Assembly (NCBI GenBank): GCA_011364905.1
Contig: RDNZ01000001.1
Location: 32,001-96,000 of the forward strand
Source: Candidatus Thorarchaeota archaeon
Lineage (GTDB): Archaea > Asgardarchaeota > Thorarchaeia > Thorarchaeales > Thorarchaeaceae
Direction: 5' to 3'
Length of the DNA: 64,000 nt
Part shown: positions 47,621 through 58,298 of the stretch, piece after piece
Layout: each line of letters opens with the position of its first letter
Position numbering within the stretch: the first letter of the stretch is position 1
The notes under the pieces: model-generated
The model's input: the letters and a program-made list of their open reading frames with translations, nothing else
The model's database searches: none
Told to the model about the DNA's origin: nothing
Position numbers and translations under genes: made by a program

Positions 47621-50362
47621 ATGAGTAAAGAAAAACATGTGTACATTTTTGGCGCTGGAAAAGCTGATGGCGATGGGACAATGAAAAACCTGTTGGGCGG
47701 AAAAGGAGCGTCCCTTGCGGGAGGCACTCTTCTTGGTCTCCCAGTCCCTCCAGGATTCACCATTTCAACTGATGTTTGTAATCTCTATCTAGCTTCTGGA
47801 GGACTCAGTGATGATGTCAAGGAGCAAGTAAAAGCAGCAATGGCTCAAACAGAGGAAAATATGGGGATGAAGTTTGGAGACCCCAAGAATCCATTGCTTG
47901 TGTCTTGCAGGTCTGGTGCGAGGTCCTCGATGCCGGGTATGATGGAAACGGTCCTAAACGTTGGCCTAACGACCTCTACGATACCCGGGCTTATTGAAAC
48001 CACACAGAACGAGAGATTCGTCTATGACTCATACAGACGTCTCATCATGATGTTCTCGGATGTGGTTATGGAAAAGGCAGCTGGAATCGAACCTGAAGAG
48101 GGCTTAGGGATTCGTCAGCGACTTGACAGGATTATGGAGAGAAAGAAGAAAGAAGTCGGATGCCTGACTGATACGGGTTTGGGTGTCGTGCATCTGAAGG
48201 AGATTGTTGAAGAATTCAAGGAAACCATCAAGAAGACACTGGGAGTTGAATTCCCTGACGATCCATATGAACAGCTATGGGCTGCAATTGGTGCAGTCTT
48301 CAAGAGCTGGGGAGGGACACGAGCTGTTGCCTATCGGCGAATTGAGAACATCCCTGATGAATGGGGGACAGCATGTACGGTACAGAGCATGGTGTTTGGA
48401 AATATGGGTGACAGTTCTGCAACAGGAGTAGCGTTCTCAAGAAATCCTGCCACAGGAGAGGACAAGTTCTATGGTGAGTTTCTCATAAATGCACAGGGAG
48501 AGGATGTCGTAGCAGGTACCCGAACACCAAATGCGATGAACGAAGAAAGCAAGAACGAGCAGAGTAAGGACCTGCCGACTCTTGAGGAATCAATGCCAGA
48601 AATTTACAAGCAGCTTGTAGACATCAAGAACACGTTGGAAGATGACACTAAGGACATGGTGGACATTGAATTCACAATCCAAGAAGGAAAGCTGTTCCTT
48701 GTACAGTATAGAGTTGGTAAAAGAACAGCAACTGCCGCTCTGAACATTGCAATGGACATGTTGCATACAAAATTCATTGATGAGCCATCAGCAATACTGA
48801 GGGTTGCCCCTGAACAACTTGGTCAGTTGCTCTATCCAATATTGGACCCGGAAGCAGAGGCAGAAGCCAAACCGATTACACGTGGGCTACCTGCAGGTCC
48901 AGGAGGAGCTTCTGGACAGATCGTCTTTACTTCAGAAGCTGCGATTGATTGGGTCAAACAAGGAAAGAAGGTGGTTCTTGTCCGTGAAGAGACTAGCCCC
49001 GAGGATATCGAGGGTATGCGCGTCGCGAACGCTATACTCACTTGTAGAGGAGGAATGACAAGCCATGCGGCTCTTGTGACCCGTGGGTGGGGCAAATGCT
49101 GCATTGTTGGTGCTACGGGTCTCGACATTAATACATTCGAAAAGACGTTGACCATCAATGGCAAAGTATACAAAGAGGGTGATGTTCTTACCCTAAATGG
49201 GACCATGGGCTTGGTGTATGATGGCGAGTTGCCAATGATTGAGGCAACTGAGAATCCCAAGTTGAAAGAGTTCATGGGGCTTATTGACAAATATAGAAAG
49301 ATAGGAGTGAGGGCAAACGCAGACAATCCTGACGATGCGGAGGTTGCTCTCAAATTCGGAGCAGAGGGAATTGGACTCCTCCGAACTGAACACATGTTTT
49401 ATGGAGAGGGAAGCGACGAACCTTTGTTCCTCCTTCGCAAAATGATTTTGAGCAACACAAAAAGCGAAAGGCAACATGCTCTTCAAGAGCTTGCTCCATT
49501 TGTCAGGGAAGACATCAAGGCGACACTAGCAGTAATGAATGGACTGCCGGTCACTATACGATTACTTGATCCGCCTTTACACGAGTTTGTGCCTCAATCA
49601 AGAATTGGACAGGAAAAACTTGCTCATTCATTAGGTATTACAATTGATGATGTTCGCAAACGTGGCGAACAGATTCATGAACAGAATCCAATGATGGGAT
49701 TAAGAGGCGTACGCCTAGGTATCGTCTATCCAGAGATCTATGAAATGCAAGTAAGGGCTATTCTTGAGGCTGGTGCCGAGCTCATAAAGGACGGAAAGAA
49801 AGTCGATCTTGAAATCATGATTCCAGTCACAATTGGTTCAGCTGAGCTCAAGACAATGGAATTAATCGTTGATAGAGTCTATAAAGAGGTCAGGGATGAG
49901 GTCGGATTCGATATTCCGTACATGTACGGTACAATGATTGAGATTCCTCGAGCCTGTATGCGTGCAGGAGATATGGCGCAGAGCGCTCAATTCTTCAGTT
50001 TTGGCACAAATGATCTCTCGCAAATGGGATTTGGCTTCAGCAGAGATGACATCGAATCGTTTCTGCCCGAGTATCTTGACAAACACATACTCAGGAATGA
50101 TCCTTTCGCAAGCATAGATATGCGAGGCATAGGCCAGCTTATGGAAATCGCAATCGAACGGGGTCGCAAGACAAGACCAGACATCAAGCTCGGTGTCTGC
50201 GGAGAGCATGGTGGAGATCCGAGATCAGTTGAGTTCTTCCATAAGATAGGACTCGACTACGTATCATGCTCGCCGTATCGGCTTCCCATCGCGCGACTTG
50301 CTGCTGCACAAGCAGCCATTAAAGAAGTTCATTGGCTTTTGCTGAAGAACAAAACAAAGTAG
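47621..50362 (+). CDS. ppdK: Pyruvate, phosphate dikinase
   Basis: LGGKGA, RSGARSSMPGMM, QGEDVVAG, GGMTSHAA (catalytic His), GLLRTEHMF, SFGTNDL, GVCGEHGGDP. Confidence 0.97.
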   Translation: MSKEKHVYIFGAGKADGDGTMKNLLGGKGASLAGGTLLGLPVPPGFTISTDVCNLYLASGGLSDDVKEQVKAAMAQTEENMGMKFGDPKNPLLVSCRSGARSSMPGMMETVLNVGLTTSTIPGLIETTQNERFVYDSYRRLIMMFSDVVMEKAAGIEPEEGLGIRQRLDRIMERKKKEVGCLTDTGLGVVHLKEIVEEFKETIKKTLGVEFPDDPYEQLWAAIGAVFKSWGGTRAVAYRRIENIPDEWGTACTVQSMVFGNMGDSSATGVAFSRNPATGEDKFYGEFLINAQGEDVVAGTRTPNAMNEESKNEQSKDLPTLEESMPEIYKQLVDIKNTLEDDTKDMVDIEFTIQEGKLFLVQYRVGKRTATAALNIAMDMLHTKFIDEPSAILRVAPEQLGQLLYPILDPEAEAEAKPITRGLPAGPGGASGQIVFTSEAAIDWVKQGKKVVLVREETSPEDIEGMRVANAILTCRGGMTSHAALVTRGWGKCCIVGATGLDINTFEKTLTINGKVYKEGDVLTLNGTMGLVYDGELPMIEATENPKLKEFMGLIDKYRKIGVRANADNPDDAEVALKFGAEGIGLLRTEHMFYGEGSDEPLFLLRKMILSNTKSERQHALQELAPFVREDIKATLAVMNGLPVTIRLLDPPLHEFVPQSRIGQEKLAHSLGITIDDVRKRGEQIHEQNPMMGLRGVRLGIVYPEIYEMQVRAILEAGAELIKDGKKVDLEIMIPVTIGSAELKTMELIVDRVYKEVRDEVGFDIPYMYGTMIEIPRACMRAGDMAQSAQFFSFGTNDLSQMGFGFSRDDIESFLPEYLDKHILRNDPFASIDMRGIGQLMEIAIERGRKTRPDIKLGVCGEHGGDPRSVEFFHKIGLDYVSCSPYRLPIARLAAAQAAIKEVHWLLLKNKTK

Positions 50363-50411
50363 TTACATTGGTGCTTCTATGAACACTAGAAGCACTTCAT
50401 TCCTCTTTTTA

Positions 50412-51977
50412 TCAAGTCTTTTTCACATGGTAACGTACTCTAGTCAGGATTAAAAGAATCATAAATCCCACCCCTATTCCAATTGAACCACCTAATATTA
50501 TCATAGATGGAATTTGATAGCGTTCTCTGACTGTAACAAATACTGTGTCTGATTTTATCTTATTATCCCAAGGATTCCAAATGGAGAGAGTATAGTTGTA
50601 TATACCCGCATCAAGGTCATCAACACTGACTACAATGTGATCTGTGCCATCCCAAGAAGCGCTGAATATGACCTCACTATTACGAAGAATTTTGTAGTAG
50701 AAGTTTTCAGGAGTAGTGGCTAGGAGAAAACCGTGGAACAGTATCTGAACATCAAGGGTCCAGGTAATTGCGTGTCCTTCATTGCCGTATGTATATACAA
50801 TGTCGGCAGGCGCATCTACATTGACATTGTAGACAGGGACGTTATGATGAGGATTAACATGATGAAATGAAGGGGACAGTCCATCTGAGAAATCACCTGG
50901 CCAATAGTTAGCTTCGCTATCAACTGATCCGAGTCTAGTTTTGAGATCAACACTGAAAGCCCGAATCCGAACCATGCAGTCTCCCAAGAGGAAGCCTGCG
51001 GCATTCCAAACATAGAATGTATCAGTCAGATTTCTTGCTAGGATCTGAAAGGTTGCACCTCCATCCAAGCTGAGCCAAACTGAGAAGAAGTTTGTATCGT
51101 TAGCATTCTTATCAGTACACGTCCATGTTATATTATAGACCTCGTTTTCTACTTCTGTTGGTTCAGGTACAGTGACATCAGGTGAGAAGAAATTGCCAAG
51201 TGTAACATCAGTGTAGTCATAGATCAAAGTGTAATTTGACTCTGTTTTTCCTTCTATTCGAACATCAACAGTTTGGTTCCTTCTATCCAACGTGTAGGTG
51301 TCATAGATCACGATATTTCCTTCGACGCTGATTTGCTTGTAAACGCCTACTTGGAGGTACAGAGTCCAATTTCCGGGTGAAAGATCATAATCCAGACAAC
51401 CAACATACATCGTATCGTTGTCTGACTCCCAACGAAATTCATCAGTTTCAGGCTTAGCACTAGAAGCCATGCTGACAAGATTGTTGGCGTACGTGAGTTG
51501 TGAATATTCCTGTTCTCCACTCCAAGCCATGAAATCAGTATCACCGTTGGTGAAATTTCCGATGATGTTCACCATCCAGCCTCTCTCGATACCTTTTACA
51601 ATTACCCAGTCAAACTCAGTAGGATTTATGACTCCGCTAAATTGACTGTCGGGGTCGGAAGGGACTACAAGTTCTCTACTAGTATTCAATCGGAATCCAT
51701 TCTCTACGGTCATCGTACAATGAGTGACGTTCAAAGACTCAGAAAAGGTTGCGTTCAGAACGACATGATCTCCAACCAAGTCAGCATCATCCATCACTGC
51801 CAGTCGTGAAGGCTGCCACTTTGAAGTCCATGTCAGTTCGAATTCATTGTTTGCCAATGAATCAACGATTATGTATTCTGGTCCTAAGATTATGTTAGTT
51901 TGAAGCGGAGAAACCATGAGATAAATGACGATAGGTAGAAAGAGGCCTGTTTGTTGAAACCAGTTTCTTGCTCTCAT
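50412..51977 (-). CDS. Cell-surface glycoprotein with Ig/FN3-like domains and C-terminal anchor
   Basis: N-terminal hydrophobic segment, YNITW..D.N.ND...SLDGG.TF, LDAGIYNYTL, TM + basic tail. Confidence 0.7.
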   Translation of the reverse strand: MRARNWFQQTGLFLPIVIYLMVSPLQTNIILGPEYIIVDSLANNEFELTWTSKWQPSRLAVMDDADLVGDHVVLNATFSESLNVTHCTMTVENGFRLNTSRELVVPSDPDSQFSGVINPTEFDWVIVKGIERGWMVNIIGNFTNGDTDFMAWSGEQEYSQLTYANNLVSMASSAKPETDEFRWESDNDTMYVGCLDYDLSPGNWTLYLQVGVYKQISVEGNIVIYDTYTLDRRNQTVDVRIEGKTESNYTLIYDYTDVTLGNFFSPDVTVPEPTEVENEVYNITWTCTDKNANDTNFFSVWLSLDGGATFQILARNLTDTFYVWNAAGFLLGDCMVRIRAFSVDLKTRLGSVDSEANYWPGDFSDGLSPSFHHVNPHHNVPVYNVNVDAPADIVYTYGNEGHAITWTLDVQILFHGFLLATTPENFYYKILRNSEVIFSASWDGTDHIVVSVDDLDAGIYNYTLSIWNPWDNKIKSDTVFVTVRERYQIPSMIILGGSIGIGVGFMILLILTRVRYHVKKT

Positions 51978-52155
51978 ATCACGGGCTCCCCTCAACAACC
52001 TCCACTAGTAATAATGAGTAGGTTCGATATCAATCTAATTCTAGAACATCTAATGAGTCTTGATGAAGCTTTATTCTGGCAACAAAAAGTCAACACTTAA
52101 AACTAGGTCTTTTCGGGCTGACATCCAATATACACAGTATCTCGAGGAGTACGTT

Positions 52156-53112
52156 ATGAAGAGAATTTTGGTGACAGGTAGTTATGGGCAAATTGGTACA
52201 GAGCTCGTAGGTGCCTTACGCAGCAAGTATGGTGGCCAAAATGTGGTTGCGACAGGAAGAAAAGATCCGCCTGAGATTCTTACTAAAGATGGACCATATT
52301 TACACCTCGATGTACTTGATGTAGACCAGCTGCATGCAATACTGAAAGACAATGAAATTGATATCGTGATTCATAATGCCTCTGTACTATCCGGGAAAGG
52401 TGAGAAAAATCCTCAGCTCGCGTACAGAACCAATATACAGGGCTCTTACAATGTTCTTGAAGCCGTCAGAATTCTCGGACTTGATCAAGTCTTTATCCCG
52501 AGTTCAATCGCAGCATTCGGCCCAAGTACTCCAAAAGAAAATACCCCCAATGAAGTGATAATGCGACCCACGACAGCTTACGGCGTTTCTAAGGTCTTTA
52601 TCGAACTGTGGGGAGAGTACTATGCCAAACGCTATGGTGTAGACTTCCGTTCTCTGAGATATCCAGGAATCATAAGTTCGGAAGCACCCCCCGGTGGAGG
52701 AACGACGGACTATGCAGTAGAGATATTCTATGAAGCGCTCAAGACTCAGAAGTATACATCCTTCCTCGAAAAGGGGACCTATCTTCCTATGATGTTTATG
52801 GACGATTGTATTAAGTGTACAATGGATTTGATTCACGCCGATGTCAGCAAACTGAAGCACCGGAGTTTCAACATCACAGCAATGAGTTTTGCACCAGAGG
52901 AAATAGCTGCTGAGATAAAGAAATACATCCCCCAGTTCGAAATGAGCTATAAACCAGACTTTAGGCAGCAAATCGCAGAATCGTGGCCAGCGACCATCGA
53001 TGATAGTGCAGCTCGTGAAGAATGGGGCTGGAAACCGGATTATGACTTAGCGGCGATGACTAAGGCTATGATAGAAAGGCTCTCGAAGAAGCTCGATATA
53101 GCGTATCAGTGA
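52156..53112 (+). CDS. tdh: L-threonine 3-dehydrogenase (extended SDR, epimerase-like type)
   Basis: TGSYGQIG, LSGKGEKNP, PSSIAAFG, YGVSK, RYPGIIS, PGGGTTDYAV, IAESWP. Confidence 0.85.
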   Translation: MKRILVTGSYGQIGTELVGALRSKYGGQNVVATGRKDPPEILTKDGPYLHLDVLDVDQLHAILKDNEIDIVIHNASVLSGKGEKNPQLAYRTNIQGSYNVLEAVRILGLDQVFIPSSIAAFGPSTPKENTPNEVIMRPTTAYGVSKVFIELWGEYYAKRYGVDFRSLRYPGIISSEAPPGGGTTDYAVEIFYEALKTQKYTSFLEKGTYLPMMFMDDCIKCTMDLIHADVSKLKHRSFNITAMSFAPEEIAAEIKKYIPQFEMSYKPDFRQQIAESWPATIDDSAAREEWGWKPDYDLAAMTKAMIERLSKKLDIAYQ

Positions 53113-53179
53113 GTGATGAGAACATTTCCCAAGTGTATCGTCATCTTTATGTCGGAGAGGAAGCAGGGATAACATCGAA

Positions 53180-54931
53180 TTGGTGGACTCCATGGATAGA
53201 CAGCCACTCTACTACACTGTCTTTATTTCATTCATCCTGATAGCATCTTCGTTTTACCTGTCATGGTCAGTGGACAGAGGTATGGGAGAGGTTTCTGTCG
53301 AAAAAATGTCAATTGAAAGAACACCTGGCCGCTCAATCGATTTTCTAGTCTATTCACCGAGAACCGCAAATCATTACGAGCCTATGCCTATTGTGCTCAC
53401 TATTCATGGTCTTACAGGCTCCAAAGAAAACTTGTATGCATTCAATGTGGAGCTTGCCAGACGAAATTTCACGGTTGTTTCTATTGATCTTCCTGGTCAT
53501 GGTGATTCTACTGTCGCTTTCAACATCACTGATTTTGATGGAATGGCGCAGGATGCCTATGCAGCCCTTCGTTATGTACAGACAACGCTTCCAGGTGTAG
53601 ATAATGAAACCTATGGCGTTCTTTCCCACTCGTTAGGTTTTCGCGTAGCGATTGAGCTGAAGGACTTTCCAGTGGCGCCCAGAGCATATGTTGCTGTTGG
53701 GAATGCTGGTAACCAACCTCAAGATGGATTTGTCGACTTCCCGGACAACCTCTTGTTCGCAATTGGTTCATTCGATGAGATTGTTTCTAGAAGAGATGCG
53801 CTTCAGGCGATTCGATTTGCAACTGGCAATGAAACGGCTGTTGATGGAATCACTTACGGTTCATTGGATAATCAAACAGCGTACCGTCTAGCTTTCGGTT
53901 TTTCGGATCATGCCTCCGAGGTGGTTGACCGTTACCTAATCACCGAAGCGGTTACATGGCTGGTTCAAGGAGTACAAGGACAAGACCAATTAATGCAAAC
54001 TCGAAACCCAGCGGACCAAGTTTCATATCGCAAGAATATAGCAACGATATTGAGTACAATCTTTATCTTTGTTTCAATTTTTCCCGTTATGTGGCTGACT
54101 TACAGCCTGATGCCAGTAAGCCTGAAACCACGGAAGTTTCAGCATGACACCAAATCATATTCTCTTCGTAGGAGCTTTGAAATCAGCTCCGTCTTAGGAG
54201 GGTTGGCTATCGTCATTTTTGTTGCTTCATCGATTCTTGGAATCAACCTTGAGGATGTAGGAATCAAAGGACTGAGTTTAATGTCAGGAACAGGCATTAT
54301 TCTGTTTCTCATTATTGGCGCATCAGGTCTATTCATCACCATGTGGTTGGCACTGGGAAAAGAAGACACTCAAAAAGCATTGACATCTGTCGGTGTTGAG
54401 AAATTGAGAACTAGAGAGCATCTTTCGGATATCCTGAAAAGCCTCGTCGTTGCTGGTGTAGGTATCGCTTGGTTAGACTTCTGGTTGAGAATTGCTCAAG
54501 CTGATGGTGTCCTTCTCCTCCTAGTAAGATTACCAATAGGGGTGCGTTTAGTGGATACCATGGTTCTCACAATCTTAGCAATTCCAATCTTTTTGGTGGA
54601 GGCTGCTTTGGTCCGAGGTGTATTATTAGCTGAACGAGATTGGACGACCCACTATCCAAAATCAGCTTCTGCGATTTTCGCGCTTTTTTTCAGATTTGTA
54701 TTTGTGGCGCTGCTTACTATTGCTGTAGTTTTTCTGACAACGGCGGCTGGTGTTACTGCAGGAAGAATTGTCCTTATCGGTGTCATTTGGGTACGCATAT
54801 TGATTGTGCAAATCCTGGCAGCTGTTTTGATAATTTGGACCTCATTGGAGTTCAATAACACATGGTCCGCTGTTTTTATCAGTTCGTTCATTCTATCATT
54901 GGTGATTGTTACAGCTTTGCCTCTTGTTTAG
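53180..54931 (+). CDS. Membrane-bound alpha/beta hydrolase
   Basis: HG oxyanion, DLPGHGDS, SHSLG nucleophile elbow, FDE, DH; C-terminal multi-TM domain. Confidence 0.8.
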   Translation: MVDSMDRQPLYYTVFISFILIASSFYLSWSVDRGMGEVSVEKMSIERTPGRSIDFLVYSPRTANHYEPMPIVLTIHGLTGSKENLYAFNVELARRNFTVVSIDLPGHGDSTVAFNITDFDGMAQDAYAALRYVQTTLPGVDNETYGVLSHSLGFRVAIELKDFPVAPRAYVAVGNAGNQPQDGFVDFPDNLLFAIGSFDEIVSRRDALQAIRFATGNETAVDGITYGSLDNQTAYRLAFGFSDHASEVVDRYLITEAVTWLVQGVQGQDQLMQTRNPADQVSYRKNIATILSTIFIFVSIFPVMWLTYSLMPVSLKPRKFQHDTKSYSLRRSFEISSVLGGLAIVIFVASSILGINLEDVGIKGLSLMSGTGIILFLIIGASGLFITMWLALGKEDTQKALTSVGVEKLRTREHLSDILKSLVVAGVGIAWLDFWLRIAQADGVLLLLVRLPIGVRLVDTMVLTILAIPIFLVEAALVRGVLLAERDWTTHYPKSASAIFALFFRFVFVALLTIAVVFLTTAAGVTAGRIVLIGVIWVRILIVQILAAVLIIWTSLEFNNTWSAVFISSFILSLVIVTALPLV

Positions 54932-54976
54932 TATCACAAAACCTCGCTACTGTGACATTTGAAGGAAGAATTGCTC

Positions 54977-56218
54977 CTAGTCTTCTACAACTTCAAAATC
55001 AAGCCCTTGGTCTGCGAGCATCTTCAACATGCGATTCAATGCTTTCTCGTCAGGCACCTCTAGAATCATCTCTAACTCAGCTCTATTGGGAGGAATATCG
55101 GGATCAAACCGGTCTTGATTGAGTTCGATAACGCTGACTCCAGAAGATGCTACAGATTTGAGAACTTTGTTCATGCTACCTACTCGGTCAAGAATTGTTC
55201 CTTTGACTCTTACAGACCTACCAAGACGGAAGAGTTCCTTCTCAACCACCCGTGAAAGGAGGGACATGTCAATATTGCCTCCTGACAGCACAGCCACGGC
55301 AGTCTTGCCTTTGACATCTATCTTGTTGTGTTGATATGCTGCGAGACCTACGCAACCAGCTGGCTCAACCACTATCTTGGCGCGTTCCAGTAGCATGAAT
55401 AGTGTTCGGGTGACCTCGAGCTCCTCCACTGTAACAACACCTGAGAGTAGGTCTTTAGCAATCCTGTAGGTCAGCTTTCCTGGTCTTTTTACTGCAATGC
55501 CATCACATATGGTGTCCAAGTTCTTAACATTGACAATTCTACCTGCTTCAATGGATGCTTTCATTGCTGCCGCGGAAGCCGCCTCAACTCCATAGACCTC
55601 AACCTCGGGGCGTTGTTCCTTGACAGCTATGCTGATTCCTGAAGCTAGTCCGCCGCCTCCAATTGGAACCGAAATCACATCAACATCAGGACACTCGTCC
55701 AGGATTTCAAGTCCGATGGTTCCCTGACCAGCAATAACATTCTCATTGTTGAAAGGATGAAGAAATGTTGCACCTGTCTTTTCTGCCAACTCTCTAGCAT
55801 GAGCCAAAGCATCATCAAATGCTGCGCCATGAAGAACAACATTTGCGCCATATCCTTCGGTTGCTTGAATCTTTGCCACGGGTGAAAACACTGGCATAAC
55901 AATGGTCGATTTTATCCCCAATCTTGTTGCCGCATAAGCTGTACCCTGGGCATGATTACCTGCTGAGGCAGCAATCACACCTGCTCTCTTTTCCTCATCA
56001 GAAAGCTTTGACATTGCATATGCAGCGCCTCTCACCTTGAACGATCCTGTTTTTTGAAGATTCTCAAGTTTGAGATAGATATCTCCACCAGTTATTCTAC
56101 TAAATGTGGAAGTATGATCGAGTCTAGTCACGTGTTTGATGTCTTTGAGAACATCTCTGGCATCTAGAATCTTAGAAAAGACCTTGTTGTATTTCCCCAT
56201 GGCAATCACATGAGTCAC
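54977..56218 (-). CDS. ilvA: Threonine ammonia-lyase (dehydratase) with ACT domain
   Basis: KLENLQKTGSFKVRGA, SAGNHAQG, PIGGGGL, LSGGNID, C-terminal ACT. Confidence 0.93.
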   Translation of the reverse strand: MTHVIAMGKYNKVFSKILDARDVLKDIKHVTRLDHTSTFSRITGGDIYLKLENLQKTGSFKVRGAAYAMSKLSDEEKRAGVIAASAGNHAQGTAYAATRLGIKSTIVMPVFSPVAKIQATEGYGANVVLHGAAFDDALAHARELAEKTGATFLHPFNNENVIAGQGTIGLEILDECPDVDVISVPIGGGGLASGISIAVKEQRPEVEVYGVEAASAAAMKASIEAGRIVNVKNLDTICDGIAVKRPGKLTYRIAKDLLSGVVTVEELEVTRTLFMLLERAKIVVEPAGCVGLAAYQHNKIDVKGKTAVAVLSGGNIDMSLLSRVVEKELFRLGRSVRVKGTILDRVGSMNKVLKSVASSGVSVIELNQDRFDPDIPPNRAELEMILEVPDEKALNRMLKMLADQGLDFEVVED

Positions 56219-56250
56219 AACTGCACTCTACTAGATTAATGATTCCACTC

Positions 56251-56778
56251 TTAGAGAATAATCATTATGCCAAGAAAGCAGTTTGCCAGTATTGGAAACA
56301 GCAACCAAGTGATATAATTTCCTGGAGGTGCTGTGAATCGGTTCATCCTGGGAGGTATGAATCTAAAATAGCCTCCCTCCACTGGCGTCCAGAGCCATAA
56401 ACCGAGTACTCTACTCAAGAGAGGTTCTAGTAAAATGAGATCACCTATCGAAGCTAACAATCCTGATATTATGCAGGCATAAACACCTTGTGCACCAAAG
56501 GCAATAGCAATCAGAAGACTGGACTGAATTGAGAAAACCCAAAGGAATACTATCCACACTGGAACATTGCGAACAAATGGTCCATTAGTATCTTGTTTTG
56601 TATAGTAATAGTAGCCTTGGGATGAAACTAGATGTTCTCCAGCTAATGCGATAGAAATTATTACCAGACTGTGTGGGATAGTCAACCAACCGAAGTAGGT
56701 CCACATTAGGTTTGAAGTCATGCTGGAAAGAGCAACAAATACAACTAAGAGAAAGAAGTTTTTGACTCTGAGATTCAT
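56251..56778 (-). CDS. DUF422/CruF-like membrane protein
   Basis: Y.Y...GP....VP..I...W, DL..LEP, W.W, P.GNY..W pattern. Confidence 0.6.
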   Translation of the reverse strand: MNLRVKNFFLLVVFVALSSMTSNLMWTYFGWLTIPHSLVIISIALAGEHLVSSQGYYYYTKQDTNGPFVRNVPVWIVFLWVFSIQSSLLIAIAFGAQGVYACIISGLLASIGDLILLEPLLSRVLGLWLWTPVEGGYFRFIPPRMNRFTAPPGNYITWLLFPILANCFLGIMIIL

Positions 56779-56787
56779 TTGAAGATA

Positions 56788-57072
56788 TCACCGTTTGATC
56801 TTTTCCTTTGCAGATTCAAGCAGATTCGATGTTCTCATTCTAAGAGAGATGACCCATGCCTTCCCAACCTTCTCTTTCTCCATCTTCTGTGCGACCAGGC
56901 TCTTCTGCACTTTCAAAATAAGATCGACTGCCTTGCCAACTGTCCTGCGATCAATTCCTGTGGCTTTGGAGATACCTGAAATTGACATTGATGGTCTGTC
57001 TTTCAAAACCTCGAGGACTGCAGTCATTGCCTTGGGAAGGTCAACACGTGGTGTTGTGAGTGGAAGCTTCAT
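56788..57072 (-). CDS. Small winged-helix DNA-binding protein
   Basis: MSISGISKATGIDRRTVGKAV HTH; basic protein. Confidence 0.75.
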   Translation of the reverse strand: MKLPLTTPRVDLPKAMTAVLEVLKDRPSMSISGISKATGIDRRTVGKAVDLILKVQKSLVAQKMEKEKVGKAWVISLRMRTSNLLESAKEKIKR

Positions 57073-57107
57073 CTCTTTTCGAGTTAATTCTATAAAAAAG
57101 AGGCATA

Positions 57108-57135
57108 TATACATTATTATGTATACATTATTATG
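57108..57135. promoter_or_regulatory. Tandem 14-bp direct repeat containing a 7-bp palindrome (putative operator)
   Basis: tatacattattatg x2; tatacat-N4-atgtata at 57108-57125; 36-63 bp upstream of the HTH gene. Confidence 0.55.
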
Positions 57136-57332
57136 ACCATATCATGGATATTAATTCTCGCAAACTAGTGGGGACATATCTTTTACTCTCTTAAACTAAT
57201 TTGATTCATATAGATATCTCATGGGAGAGATGTATTATTGAATTAAAAGGTCGAATCAATCAAGGTCCTCCATGTTAAGTACGCGAACCATGTATCATCT
57301 TAGGTTCCCGAAACACCCTTTTGATTCCAGAG

Positions 57333-58247
57333 TTACTCTTTCAGTGTGTACGTCGAATATGTTTCAACAGTTTTGAATCCAAGAAGCTCGTAAAGATATC
57401 GAGCTTTGTTACTGAGTGTTACATCAAGCTCAATCTTACTGATGCTCGATTCAGACTCCAATAGCTGCTTCATAGAATGAATAAGCAGGGCTCGCCCCAA
57501 ACCTTTGCCGCGACTACCAGGGTCAATCACAATGTCTGAAATGTATCCAGCATCCTCACTCCTAGTTGTAATAAAACAAGCGCCTATTGACACACTGCCA
57601 TCGCGAAGAATCCAAGAAGTCCCTTCTTTGTATTCTCCATATCGGCCTTTTTCTATATTCTCTACAAGCCTAACGCAATTGTCTGGTGAACCAAAGAAAT
57701 CAGGGAAAACCTCTTGGTCAACGTTTCCGTAATTTCCTCGAAAAATCAGATCCGATATCTCATCACGCTTTGAAGATTTGTAAGGTTCAAAACTCATGCC
57801 ACTTGAAACAACAGGTACAGCCAACGATTCAATTTGACTTCGAGGTATTGCCATGGAAGCGCGGTCGTATTTAGCAAACCCAATATCTAGCAGATGCTGA
57901 GAAATAGATGCGGAAATCCAATGTATCCAAGAGCCTCCAGTAGCAATGTAGGAATATTGTCCAAGAAATTTATTGCATATTTCATTGATAAGCTGCTTCT
58001 CTATCTCTATGTCACCATTGGCATAGATAAGCAAAATTCTGCCGCTCGCCTTTCCGAAAAGCCCAATTCCCTTAAGGTTCTGTTCCTTGTCATATGCCCC
58101 GAATAAACCATTCTTCCCATTGGAAACAGAGGTCTTGAGTTGTTCGAGAAAGGTCTCAGATATTGACATCTCACGAAACGCCTCTTTAAAGCGTTCAATA
58201 AGTGGGCCCATATCAACTGTCTTCTCAAATTCGACTACCTTGATCAT
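57333..58247 (-). CDS. GNAT family N-acetyltransferase
   Basis: IVIDPGSRGKGLGRALL, N.KARYLYELLGF. Confidence 0.88.
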   Translation of the reverse strand: MIKVVEFEKTVDMGPLIERFKEAFREMSISETFLEQLKTSVSNGKNGLFGAYDKEQNLKGIGLFGKASGRILLIYANGDIEIEKQLINEICNKFLGQYSYIATGGSWIHWISASISQHLLDIGFAKYDRASMAIPRSQIESLAVPVVSSGMSFEPYKSSKRDEISDLIFRGNYGNVDQEVFPDFFGSPDNCVRLVENIEKGRYGEYKEGTSWILRDGSVSIGACFITTRSEDAGYISDIVIDPGSRGKGLGRALLIHSMKQLLESESSISKIELDVTLSNKARYLYELLGFKTVETYSTYTLKE

Positions 58248-58298
58248 ATTGAGTAGAAAGTTTATGTAATGAATATCGATTTCCTTTTGCGCAAAAAA

